Below are positions 21,083-30,696 of a DNA stretch of 64,000 nucleotides, piece after piece (position 1 is the first letter of the stretch; each line of letters opens with the position of its first letter). A program made the position numbers and the translations under genes. This stretch comes from Candidatus Methanomethylicia archaeon. GTDB lineage: Archaea > Thermoproteota > Methanomethylicia > Culexarchaeales > Culexarchaeaceae. The notes under the pieces were generated by a model that was given only the letters and a program-made list of their open reading frames with translations, had not been told where the DNA came from and made no database searches. The DNA lies in contig JAVYVS010000002.1 in assembly GCA_038727515.1 (NCBI GenBank), positions 1 through 64,000 of the forward strand, given 5' to 3'.

Positions 21083-21496
21083 GTGAATAGTATGCCACGT
21101 GAATTTACATATAGGGGATATCCACTTTCAAAGTTATTGGAAATGCCAATGGATCAATTTGTAAATCTACTCCCCTCTAGGCAGAGGAGGAGTTTAAAGA
21201 GAGGTTTGACCCCTCCACAACGTACACTTTTAGAGAAAATTAGATATGCTAAGAAACTATTAGAAAGTGGTAAAAATGTGAAGATACGTACTCATTGTAG
21301 GGATATGATAATATTACCAGAAATGGTTGGTATGACTTTATATGTTCATAATGGTAAAGAATTTGTTCCCGTAGAAATAACTACTGAAATGATTGGTCAC
21401 TATCTTGGAGAATTCGCTATAACTAATAAGAAGGTAGTTCATGGAGCTCCAGGTTTAAGAGCTACTAGATCAAGCATGTATGTACCATTAAAGTAA
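21083..21496 (+). CDS. rps19: 30S ribosomal protein S19 (uS19)
   Basis: [38 protein letters not shown]. Confidence 0.97.
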   Translation: MNSMPREFTYRGYPLSKLLEMPMDQFVNLLPSRQRRSLKRGLTPPQRTLLEKIRYAKKLLESGKNVKIRTHCRDMIILPEMVGMTLYVHNGKEFVPVEITTEMIGHYLGEFAITNKKVVHGAPGLRATRSSMYVPLK

Positions 21497-21570
21497 AATT
21501 ATAATTATTAGAGAAAAACTTAAACGTCCGTCTATCTTGTATTCTATAATACATTCTATGGTGAAATGAA

Positions 21571-22764
21571 GTGGTTAGTTTAATGACTCTTAGTTGGTTA
21601 TTACATTTATCAACATTAATATTCTTCATGGGGGGAATGATAGTTTCCCCAATAATATCACCCTATGCATTATCATTAGGTGCTGATGCTGTAATTATTG
21701 GATTACTTTCATCAATTACTTCAGCTGTAACCATACTACTTAGACCATATGCTGGTTTAATCGTAGATCGAGGTAAAAGATTTGAAACTTTAATCCTTGG
21801 AACAATGTTAAGCTGTATCGCTACTCTAATTTACTTTTCATCAAACAATATATGGATGTTTGCAATTGGAAGAATATTTAGTGGTTTAGCTGCAGCATTC
21901 TTTATGCCTGCATCTATATCAACAGCCATAGATCTCTCACCACCAGATAGAATTGGTGAAACATTGGGTTGGAGAAGTACTATGTTTGGAGTTAGCCAAC
22001 TTTTAGGTCCTGGTATTGGTGGTTACCTAGCTGATTTAATAGGTTTGAGAAATACCTTCATAATAAACTTCCTTTTCGCTTTTTCTGCATTAATGTTGAT
22101 ATATGCTGTAAGTAGATTAACTCCTCGAGAGTTTATTAAACGTAATGAAGCTTCCAATGGATTTAAAGATATTAAAAAGCTTCTAAAAATTAATTTTATC
22201 GGTGCAATGATAGCTGTAGTTTTTCATGCCATGGCTGTAAGTGCTATTGGAACATTTCTACCAGCATATTATGTTAGCATAGGTTTTGGTACATCCATAT
22301 ATGGTCTTTACTCTAGCATTAATGGTGGAGCCAGTATAATAACTAGAGCTACAAGTGGTAGAATTGCTGATAAGCATGGTTCAATTACCGTATCATCCCT
22401 TGGTGCTATTATAATGACTTTTGGATATATTGTCTTGAATATTTCTCCGCTTCCTCCAATAGCATTTTTAGCTGCAATTTTAATTGGTATAGGAACTGGT
22501 TTATGGGTTCCAGCAATACAATTACTTGCTTTAGGTGATATACCATCTGAAATAAGGGGATTTGGCTCTGGTATATATTCCATAGCCTTTGACGCTGGCT
22601 TCCTTATAGGACCTATAATCTTCGGTTTTATGATTAAATCATTAGGTAGCTATCTAGTAATTCTATGGATTTTACCTATACTAACATTTATTGCATTTTT
22701 GACTATCCAAATAATTAATTTGTTTATACGTAAAAACACTTATTCATTTTCTGTTAGTAAATAA
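21571..22764 (+). CDS. Major facilitator superfamily transporter
   Basis: About 12 TM segments; motif A variants GLIVDRGKR and GRIADKHG. Confidence 0.9.
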   Translation: MVSLMTLSWLLHLSTLIFFMGGMIVSPIISPYALSLGADAVIIGLLSSITSAVTILLRPYAGLIVDRGKRFETLILGTMLSCIATLIYFSSNNIWMFAIGRIFSGLAAAFFMPASISTAIDLSPPDRIGETLGWRSTMFGVSQLLGPGIGGYLADLIGLRNTFIINFLFAFSALMLIYAVSRLTPREFIKRNEASNGFKDIKKLLKINFIGAMIAVVFHAMAVSAIGTFLPAYYVSIGFGTSIYGLYSSINGGASIITRATSGRIADKHGSITVSSLGAIIMTFGYIVLNISPLPPIAFLAAILIGIGTGLWVPAIQLLALGDIPSEIRGFGSGIYSIAFDAGFLIGPIIFGFMIKSLGSYLVILWILPILTFIAFLTIQIINLFIRKNTYSFSVSK

Positions 22765-22794
22765 TAATTAAATTATTTAAAAAATAGTTTAATT

Positions 22795-23217
22795 TTATTT
22801 TAAGTCTTCTAGTATCGTTGTGAATGTATCATGATGATCTTCTTCATCCATTAATATCTCTCTAAATAATTGAGCTGTTACTTCATCCCCCTCATCCAAA
22901 GCCTTCTTAATTATAGTTTTATAAAGTTTTATAGCATCTTCTTCATCTTTAACATTTCTTTCAATCATCTCTTTTAATTTTTCACCTACAAATATTTCCT
23001 TTGGTTTCGTAGTTGGCTTTCCACCTAAGTAAAATAGTCTTTCAGCTATTCTTTCCGCATGTTTCATTTCCTGTATTGCTATGCTCTTTAACGTATCTTT
23101 TACAGCTAAACCCTTTATTCCACTCCATTGTACATGTTGCCACATATATTGTATTGAAACTTGCATTTCAGAAGCTACTGCTTCATTTAATAACTCAAGT
23201 AATTCTTTTGAGACCAT
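22795..23217 (-). CDS. Ferritin-like diiron protein (bacterioferritin-like)
   Basis: E..V..QY, EMKHAE, EEDAIKLY and EEDH ferroxidase-type pattern. Confidence 0.87.
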   Translation of the reverse strand: MVSKELLELLNEAVASEMQVSIQYMWQHVQWSGIKGLAVKDTLKSIAIQEMKHAERIAERLFYLGGKPTTKPKEIFVGEKLKEMIERNVKDEEDAIKLYKTIIKKALDEGDEVTAQLFREILMDEEDHHDTFTTILEDLK

Positions 23218-23279
23218 ATTCTCACAGTTAATTTATATCCATTTTACATTTATAGGTTTCTAATCAAATTATTTGCCTT

Positions 23280-24470
23280 TTATTCGTATCTCAATGCATC
23301 TACAGGATTCATTTTTGCAGCCTTCCAAGATGGGTATATTGATGCTATTAACGTCACTATTATTGCTACCATTGCAGCTGTTAACACATTTAATGGAGTT
23401 ATTATTGGTGTATATGATGATAAGACATTTTGCCCAACTATTCTTGCATCTAAACTGCCACTAAGAATAATGGGGATTAAGTATGCTATTGCTGAACCAA
23501 ATATCATTCCAACAATACTTCCAATAAATCCCAAAATGAAGCCTTGAAATAAATATAATTTTAATACTCCTCTATCCTTCATTCCAATAGCTTTTAAAGT
23601 TCCTATCTCCCTAACTCTCTCTAGTACTGATATAGTCATTATATTGAATGTTCCAAGTCCAGCTGCTATGAATGAAGTTGCTGCTATACCTGTTAATAAT
23701 AGGTTTATTTGTGATGTTATTGTTTGAACTGTAATTGCAATTTGTTTTACCGACATTAAATTTGCCCTATTTCCAAACATATATCTTATCTGTTCCATTA
23801 CTTGGTCTATTTCTTCAATACTTCCCGTCTTCACTATTAATGTTGTATACCCACTTGCTCTTAACAACAGTTTTATGTATTCTATTGGCACAAATAATGC
23901 ATTGTCTGGGTTTACTATCGTTGTAGATCCATATGGATTAAGTATTCCAATGCCAATTAGCATTATACTTCTTGCTCCAATTTGCACTAATATTGGTTGA
24001 CCTACATTATATCTATTCATACCCGTATCATCTACAGCTATATTATATCCTATAATTGCTTGAGGTGCTGGTACATCATAATATAACCCGCCGCTCTGCA
24101 AATTTATTTCTCCAAGTATTATCTGTAGATCTGTTGATGAAATTCCAATTACAGTTATTCTATCTTCAATTCCAGAGGCTCTTGCTGTAGCCATAAAAAG
24201 TGGTGAAACACTTACCACTCCACTTATACTCTTCAAATTTACTATATCTAAATCTGTAAACAATGTTGATGTTCTTACATTAACCATTATTGTGTTAGGT
24301 CCCAATTTTTCAAGACTTTTTAATATTTCCCCCTTTACTCCTTCTACTTGTGCTGAAAGTGCAATTATACTGGCAACACCTACAGCTATAGCTAGAATTG
24401 TAAGTATTGTTCTCAATTTTCTTTCCATTAATTGTTTTAATGCTAAATTTGCAGTATCCACTATTTTCAT
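23280..24470 (-). CDS. ABC transporter permease, MacB/FtsX family
   Basis: RKLRTILTIL, SVLERVREIGTLKAIG, YPSWKAAKMNPVDALRYE. Confidence 0.92.
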   Translation of the reverse strand: MKIVDTANLALKQLMERKLRTILTILAIAVGVASIIALSAQVEGVKGEILKSLEKLGPNTIMVNVRTSTLFTDLDIVNLKSISGVVSVSPLFMATARASGIEDRITVIGISSTDLQIILGEINLQSGGLYYDVPAPQAIIGYNIAVDDTGMNRYNVGQPILVQIGARSIMLIGIGILNPYGSTTIVNPDNALFVPIEYIKLLLRASGYTTLIVKTGSIEEIDQVMEQIRYMFGNRANLMSVKQIAITVQTITSQINLLLTGIAATSFIAAGLGTFNIMTISVLERVREIGTLKAIGMKDRGVLKLYLFQGFILGFIGSIVGMIFGSAIAYLIPIILSGSLDARIVGQNVLSSYTPIITPLNVLTAAMVAIIVTLIASIYPSWKAAKMNPVDALRYE

Positions 24471-26050
24471 TTCTTTCTTCGCCTCATAATTATCATGCCA
24501 ATTACAACTGCCACTATAATTATTGTTGAGATTATTGTGATTGGGTTTGTTATGATCGTTGTTATTGTACCTCTACTTTGAGTTGTTGTAGTTGTAGTTA
24601 TTGCTGGAGATATATTTATGGTTATGTTAAATATTACATTGCTTATATATCTCAAGTTATCCATATACCTTAGCATAACTGGCAATTTCACTTGACTTTG
24701 TGTTGTGTTAAGCAATTGTAAATTTAATGTGAATGTTGTTGGCATATTTACATCTACATTTCCTATATAAACTGATCTTGATCCAAATGGTTGTATTGGT
24801 AGATTTTCAAGTATTGGTATTGCATGTGTTGCATATGCAGTTGAAGTTCCTGTATTCGTTATTGTTATTGTTATAGAGAATGGTGATCCTGGTCTTGGTG
24901 ATGATGGTATTATTGTGACATCCGTTAGTGTAATCTCTATGAAACCCTTTAGTAAAATTGTGAATTGATTAGTTTCGCTACGTGAAATCTGTTTTTCAGT
25001 ATCGTAGTAACTTACTACTATGGTTAAAGATCCCGTTGCTGATGTTGTTAATGGTACATATATTTCCATTGGTATTTCCATTATTTGCCCCGGTTTTATC
25101 CTCTCCACATATGTTGTCGATGTACCAAAAACCTTTAATATTGCATCCGTTGACATCGTTATCTTTACATCTCTTAAGTCTGCATCAATTGTATTGATAA
25201 TTCTTGCATTTATACTATTTATTTTTCCAATGTATAATTCTCCAGTACTTAATTGTACATTTATTTGCGGCGGGATCTCTTGTGGATTTACAAGTGTTTG
25301 AATAGTATATGTCTTCGTATATATGGAGTTTCTAGGTCCATGAAATATTACATCAACATTCACTTGTATAGTCTTACCCTTCATGGTGCTTGGTATATAT
25401 ACATCTAACATTGATGTGAAAGTTTCATTTGGTTTTATACACTCTATATACGTGTTGTTTATAGTGTTTATGGTTATACTACTTGAGTACACTTTTGTTA
25501 TTTGTAAATTGTATGCTTCTGCGTCACCAATATTCTCTATGTTTAAAGTTATTTTTTGTTTACCTTCAAATACAGTTTCATTTGCAATCCTCATTTGTAT
25601 ATTTGGTCTTCCAGTTATCTCCATTGGTATATGTATAACGTCGATGGTTAATCCATAATTTGGTACGAAATATTCAAGTTCCAATGTTAATAGATATACT
25701 CCCTTAGATGCCTGTGGAGTTATGTACACTTGGTATTCAAGTTGTATTATTGTTCCAGGGTTTATCGTTGATTTATAGTATATAACAGCCTTATTATCTG
25801 GATTAGATGCCTTAATAGTATTTGGAAGATTAAGTTTTGCCATTAAGTTATTGAAACTCCATTTTCCCTCATACCTCAATAATACCACTATACTTGTATA
25901 ATCACCACCAGTTACCTCAATTGGACTTGTAGATCCCCAATATGCAGATAGAAGTTTAAAATCTCCACTACTACCTAAACCTAAATTAATTGATGTTGAA
26001 AATACTGCTAAAAATACAACTAATATTAAAGCGGCAATGTTCTTTTTCAT
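24467..26050 (-). CDS. Secreted Ig-fold / COG1361 S-layer-like protein with C-terminal membrane anchor
   Basis: Signal peptide, repeated N.G...A Ig-like modules, Thr-rich linker, TM helix then RRRKK; lies between the MacB-type ATPase and permease. Confidence 0.75.
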   Translation of the reverse strand: MKKNIAALILVVFLAVFSTSINLGLGSSGDFKLLSAYWGSTSPIEVTGGDYTSIVVLLRYEGKWSFNNLMAKLNLPNTIKASNPDNKAVIYYKSTINPGTIIQLEYQVYITPQASKGVYLLTLELEYFVPNYGLTIDVIHIPMEITGRPNIQMRIANETVFEGKQKITLNIENIGDAEAYNLQITKVYSSSITINTINNTYIECIKPNETFTSMLDVYIPSTMKGKTIQVNVDVIFHGPRNSIYTKTYTIQTLVNPQEIPPQINVQLSTGELYIGKINSINARIINTIDADLRDVKITMSTDAILKVFGTSTTYVERIKPGQIMEIPMEIYVPLTTSATGSLTIVVSYYDTEKQISRSETNQFTILLKGFIEITLTDVTIIPSSPRPGSPFSITITITNTGTSTAYATHAIPILENLPIQPFGSRSVYIGNVDVNMPTTFTLNLQLLNTTQSQVKLPVMLRYMDNLRYISNVIFNITINISPAITTTTTTQSRGTITTIITNPITIISTIIIVAVVIGMIIMRRRKK

Positions 26051-26748
26051 CCTTTAATCACCTCTTCACCATATATCATACCATCCTTTAACCTTATTAT
26101 CCTATCACAAAATTTTGTCAACTCCACATTATGTGTGACCATTATTATTGATATACCTCGTTCATCTACAAGTTTCCTAAATATATTCATGATTATCTTA
26201 GCATTTTCACTATCTACATTTCCCGTAGGTTCATCTGCAAGTATTAACTCTGGATCATTAATCAAGGCTCTTGCTATAGCTACTCTCTGCCTCTCCCCAC
26301 CACTAAGCTCATTTGGTTTCTTATATATTTTATCTCCTAATCCAAGTAAATCAAGTATCTCCATAGCCTTCTTCCTTCTATCCTTTGAATTAACCCTTCT
26401 TATAGCCATGGGCAAAATAACATTTTCAATAATATTTAAATATCCTATCAAATTGAAAAATTGAAATACAAACCCAATAGTTTTATTTCTATATTCTGCA
26501 AGTTCATCACTACTCATAGATTTCAAATTTCTATTATTCACTATGATTTCTCCCTCTGTAGGTCTATCTAATCCACCAATAAGATTCAATAATGTAGACT
26601 TACCTGAACCCGAAGGTCCCATAATTGCTGTAAACTCACCTCTATAAAAAGATGTGCTTATATTTCTCAGTGCTGGATACTTAATTTTCCCAATAGTATA
26701 AACCTTTGATACATTCTCCAACCTCACTATTTCATCTATTCCCCTCAT
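26047..26748 (-). CDS. ABC transporter ATP-binding protein (LolD/MacB type)
   Basis: [31 protein letters not shown]. Confidence 0.95.
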   Translation of the reverse strand: MRGIDEIVRLENVSKVYTIGKIKYPALRNISTSFYRGEFTAIMGPSGSGKSTLLNLIGGLDRPTEGEIIVNNRNLKSMSSDELAEYRNKTIGFVFQFFNLIGYLNIIENVILPMAIRRVNSKDRRKKAMEILDLLGLGDKIYKKPNELSGGERQRVAIARALINDPELILADEPTGNVDSENAKIIMNIFRKLVDERGISIIMVTHNVELTKFCDRIIRLKDGMIYGEEVIKG

Positions 26749-27025
26749 ATACCAAAACCTCACTTTGTTTTACTTAATGTATATTGTTCCTACTATTTAA
26801 GATAGGTGTAGAACGTATTTAACTTATATAAATATGGTATTCAACTACATCCTATTAAATTTGCAAGATACATTTATCATAGAAAACTCCTAGAATTAAA
26901 TGAATAACTACTCTTGATTCTATAATGCTAATTTAAAAATCTTCAAGACTAATCATATGCTTTAATTGATGCCCAATTTCTTTTATAATACCCTATTCCT
27001 AGCATCACTGCTTGTTACAATGATA

Positions 27026-28012
27026 TTATTCTGGTATATGAATCTTAATAGCGTTAACAAGTTCTCGAAAAGTAAATACATCCGCAAGCCCCTCTATTGA
27101 ATATTCAACTACTTTTATTTCTGGAAATTTCCTTCGTAATTTCTTATTGATCCTTTTCGCTATTAGAACAGCTCCTATACACTCTTCTCCAAATTCCTTT
27201 CTATAGGCTTTTAGCTGTTGGAAATCCTTTGTGGTAGCCTCACCCCTTTTAACTTCCACTATTATCTTTCTCGATAAGCCAGTAGGTACAGCTTCCTTAA
27301 TTAAAATATCAACATATCCCTCTGGAAGAGCTTTTTCTCCTAAAACCTCCCATTGAGTTTCTTGAGAAAGAATTATAGATAATCCTGTAAGAAATTGCTC
27401 TAATTTTTTCTCATCACTTAAATAATGGCGTAATGCAGCGTGTAAGATCTGCTCTCGGAAGGGGAAAATTTTAGGTAAATCAACTTTAGACTTATTAAAT
27501 GTGAATTTTAATTCAGATGATGAACTACTATTAATAGAATCTTGTATATCTGCATTGTCAACCACTACGCCAAGTTTTGATGCATATCCTAAATCAATTC
27601 TATCAGCTTGAAAGTGGGTTTTCCTATAACCTCCTCGAAGTAGTAAGTTTTCTGCAACATATGAAAACTCTATACGTGTTAACGGTTCATTGAATATTCG
27701 TAGAGGCTTTAATCTAAGCCTAAAGGGATAGAAATATCTCCTACGCCTTTTACCTGAGCCAAACTCTAAAGGTTTCCATGGTGGTGGAGCTTTTTCATCA
27801 TATTCTAGATACTTCTCCATTACAATATACAGATCATACACTCTTGCACCATATAGGAAAGATACTCTGTCTCCCTGTCGAATATCGCAGAATGCCCAAG
27901 CTCCCATTATGCTACTTGGAAAACCTGCAAGAGAATATTTCCTACATAACTCAAGGTTTTCACGTGTAGAAACAGCTATTAGAAAATATGAAGTTAAGGG
28001 ATAGTTCTTCAA
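27026..28012 (-). CDS. EVE/PUA-like domain fused to a PD-(D/E)XK (NucS-C/Mrr-like) nuclease
   Basis: N-terminus YFLI..ENL..IRQGDRVSFLY..YPFRL. C-terminus E...GYVDIL...IVEVK...QLKAY. Confidence 0.7.
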   Translation of the reverse strand: MKNYPLTSYFLIAVSTRENLELCRKYSLAGFPSSIMGAWAFCDIRQGDRVSFLYGARVYDLYIVMEKYLEYDEKAPPPWKPLEFGSGKRRRRYFYPFRLRLKPLRIFNEPLTRIEFSYVAENLLLRGGYRKTHFQADRIDLGYASKLGVVVDNADIQDSINSSSSSELKFTFNKSKVDLPKIFPFREQILHAALRHYLSDEKKLEQFLTGLSIILSQETQWEVLGEKALPEGYVDILIKEAVPTGLSRKIIVEVKRGEATTKDFQQLKAYRKEFGEECIGAVLIAKRINKKLRRKFPEIKVVEYSIEGLADVFTFRELVNAIKIHIPE

Positions 28013-28266
28013 TTTTTCAACCTATTCCCTTTTTCTAATTTCTCTTTAAGAAATTTTTCCACTTCCCTTTCTATGTATTCATTTATTTGTTTCCATACTT
28101 CTGCCGTTACAATGCCCGTGGGAGATAAGCTCATATTAGTGGTTATTTCATCTTCTTCTGTAATGAACTCCAAATAATTTAACTTAGCAGGAAGTCCTGT
28201 CTCTTCAAAATGTTTATTTATCTTGTCCTTAAGGTTCTCTATTTCTTGTTTAGATATTTTTATCAC
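28009..28266 (-). CDS. Small hypothetical protein, translationally coupled to the nuclease gene
   Basis: 85-aa ORF whose stop overlaps the nuclease start by 4 nt (TTGA). Confidence 0.55.
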   Translation of the reverse strand: MIKISKQEIENLKDKINKHFEETGLPAKLNYLEFITEEDEITTNMSLSPTGIVTAEVWKQINEYIEREVEKFLKEKLEKGNRLKN

Positions 28267-28359
28267 ATGTTATCTATGATTCTTCAACATTTTAAAGGTT
28301 ACTCGAAATTATAATAGTAATGTTTTAAAGAGGAGAAACGTCAATATAATTGAGAAGCA

Positions 28360-28536
28360 ATGCCTATCTGTTCTATGTGTGGAATGGAGAGAAAAAATGG
28401 GGAAGTGATTACATGGAATAAAGAGAAGCCAAGAGTCTTATGTATTTTCTGCTTGAGGGAAATAATTCAGCGATGGTTAGATGAAGGTTTTGAAACATTA
28501 GAAAGAGCTCTAGATAATGAGCTCTTCCCCATATAA
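28360..28536 (+). CDS. Small zinc-finger protein (58 aa), not in the ORF track
   Basis: Hand translation MPICSMCGMERKNGEVITWNKEKPRVLCIFCLREIIQRWLDEGFETLERALDNELFPI contains two CxxC motifs. Confidence 0.6.
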   Translation: MPICSMCGMERKNGEVITWNKEKPRVLCIFCLREIIQRWLDEGFETLERALDNELFPI

Positions 28537-28717
28537 TAAATCACTTAAATTAATGCAAGTTGAAATTACATTAAAATTATTGGAATCAATTTATCAAGGG
28601 GATATAAAGTTGTAAATATTCAAGACATATCAATCTTTGTAAGTTTAGAACAAGCAATATCTCAGCAACCTTTAATGAAAATATCAATTTCAGCTCATTA
28701 TTAAATTTCAAATATAA

Positions 28718-28827
28718 CGCCGGGGGCGGGATTTGAACCCGCGAGTCCCCCAAGGGGACACAGGCTTTCTAGCCCTTTATTATCCTATGGTCTCGAGGCC
28801 TGCGCCTTACCGCTAGGCTACCCCGGC
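28718..28827 (-). tRNA. tRNA-Ser(CGA) with a 25-nt intron at position 37/38 (28767-28791)
   Basis: Near-identical to the tRNA-Ser(GGA) at 8411 except for the anticodon, the variable loop and an insertion ACCATAGGATAATAAAGGGCTAGAA after CTCGAG. Confidence 0.95.
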
Positions 28828-28891
28828 TTTCTATGAATTGAATCTAATAAAATTAAGGTTATTGTTTTGATATACCTGTACATGCTTGATT

Positions 28892-29122
28892 CTATATTGG
28901 GTACTTTAAACTTTTTTGTAATCTTTTTATAGCTAACTTTATATCTTCTCCAGTTACCGTTCTCCTATTTGCATGTTGAGCTAATTCTATCGCTTCTTTT
29001 GATATCTCTATTGCCATGTCTTCAAGTATTTCTCTTAAGGCTTCTGCAGCTTCTACACTTACTCTATAAGCTCCTGCTTTCCGTATTAATCTTTCTATTG
29101 GTGCTAATGGGAGTTCGGGCAT
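28892..29122 (-). CDS. Archaeal histone (HMf family)
   Basis: MPELPLAPIERLIRKAGAYRVS...HANRRTVTGEDIKLA histone-fold signature. Confidence 0.95.
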   Translation of the reverse strand: MPELPLAPIERLIRKAGAYRVSVEAAEALREILEDMAIEISKEAIELAQHANRRTVTGEDIKLAIKRLQKSLKYPI

Positions 29123-29254
29123 TTTTTGCACCTATAAAATTTTTGTTTTTCCGATATTAATTGTTTTCCTTTTTCTTCTATTATTTCCCACATTCATCAT
29201 CAATTCTCGATATATTTAAATAATATTGTATTATTCCTTTCTTTAGGGATTTGC

Positions 29255-29503
29255 TTGGGAAAAGTGCGAACCAAGCTTGTTAAGAATATTGCTTCAAAAT
29301 TGGTGGAGTCTTATCCAGATGTTTTTACTACTGATTTTGAAAAGAATAAGCGTTTAATTGAGGAATTAACTGATATTAGGTTTAAACATTTAAAGAATAG
29401 GGTTGCAGGTTATGTTACTCGTCTCGTAAAACTTAAAATGCAAGCTTCTAAAGAAGTTGAATCAGAAGGTGAAGAGGAAGAAGTTGAAGCCCCCAGTGGC
29501 TAA
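29255..29503 (+). CDS. rps17e: 30S ribosomal protein S17e
   Basis: MGKVRT, FTTDFEKNK, NRVAGYVT. Confidence 0.96.
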   Translation: MGKVRTKLVKNIASKLVESYPDVFTTDFEKNKRLIEELTDIRFKHLKNRVAGYVTRLVKLKMQASKEVESEGEEEEVEAPSG

Positions 29504-30624
29504 GCTATATCTATTGTCCTTCTAAGTATTATTCTTAGATTGTATTTTAGAATTTCATTCTCCCTTCTTGTAAGTTTTTCTTCCATGAGTATCCTTACAT
29601 TATTCTCATTTAAGATTATATCTTTAGGTTTCTTGCCTACTATTGTCTTTATAATCTTTTCAACCTCTTCTACACTTGTTTTTGGTATATTTCCTATTGA
29701 TTTTCTACATAGATTTATGCATGTGGTTCCCGATACATATGCATTTGCACAACAGGATGATTTAAATGCTTTAAGACCTTTTTCTTCAGCCATCTTTACT
29801 ATGTAACCTTTTATATCTTCCTCCATCTTTACATATATTTGCTTTTTCCCTAAAACTTCTTCATCTACTCCCCTAATTACACCTTTTAGATTTAATCCTG
29901 CATTCTTCATTCTTTTAATTATTGTTGATGTTATCCTCATATTTCCAGCAACTATTCCAACGGCTCCAGCTCTTTTTGCTTCATTTATTATTTCTTCAGC
30001 TTCTACATCTGTTACTCCCGGTATTATTGGTCTAATGAATACCATTGGTTTTAAACCTTCAGATTTAAGGTTTCTTATAGTTTTTAATCTTAAATCTATT
30101 TCTTTTGCATTTGGTTCTAGAATATCCTTCTTTTCTATTGTTACTATTGTTATTAATGGGCTTATGGAAAGCTTTATTTTTGCTATTTTCTTTGCTGTCT
30201 CCTCATCTATATATTCTTTTGTAGAAAATTGTACTGGATTTTCAAGTTCTTCTATAGCTCTCAAATATTCAATGGTTTTGTTTACCACTAATTCATGGAA
30301 TGGCTCTGTTACACTCCCTATGGCTAGGTATGTTCCATACATCGTTGGCATGTAGTATGGATTTGATAATAATGCATATGCTAATTCCAATCCATTCAAT
30401 CCATATGGTGTTATCCTTTTAAAGTTAAACCCCATATCTTGTATGTAACAGTATATGCATTGATTTGTACATCCAATTGCTGGATGTATTGTTAATCCAC
30501 ATGGTCTCGGTTTTCTCTTGGAATGTTGATCTGATGAAGCTTTAATTATAGATTTCTCTGGAAGTCTATTCTCATATTTCTCTTTTAATATTATTTTCCG
30601 CAGTGGTATTGTGGATAACTCCAT
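29500..30624 (-). CDS. Radical SAM protein (SplB-like family)
   Basis: GCTNQCIYCY CxxxCxxC motif, GSVTEP, STK, LEP, RPIIPG. Confidence 0.85.
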   Translation of the reverse strand: MELSTIPLRKIILKEKYENRLPEKSIIKASSDQHSKRKPRPCGLTIHPAIGCTNQCIYCYIQDMGFNFKRITPYGLNGLELAYALLSNPYYMPTMYGTYLAIGSVTEPFHELVVNKTIEYLRAIEELENPVQFSTKEYIDEETAKKIAKIKLSISPLITIVTIEKKDILEPNAKEIDLRLKTIRNLKSEGLKPMVFIRPIIPGVTDVEAEEIINEAKRAGAVGIVAGNMRITSTIIKRMKNAGLNLKGVIRGVDEEVLGKKQIYVKMEEDIKGYIVKMAEEKGLKAFKSSCCANAYVSGTTCINLCRKSIGNIPKTSVEEVEKIIKTIVGKKPKDIILNENNVRILMEEKLTRRENEILKYNLRIILRRTIDIA

Positions 30625-30696
30625 TTAATCACTATAAATTGATTGATAAATAAGCTATAAATATGTTTAATTTGATTAAACTTCTATTGATGTTAT

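Noticed and set aside
24575-24605. Short (GTT/GTA)n repeat
   Set aside because: It encodes the Thr-rich linker of the surface protein; not a CRISPR or mobile repeat.
8411-28827. Two near-identical tRNA-Ser sequences in direct orientation about 20 kb apart, resembling attL/attR
   Set aside because: Both are complete tRNAs with different anticodons, they enclose essential ribosomal genes, and no integrase is present.
29140-29210. Minus-strand ATGATGA suggesting a C/D box sRNA upstream of the histone
   Set aside because: No matching D/D' boxes at suitable spacing; more likely promoter or leader sequence.
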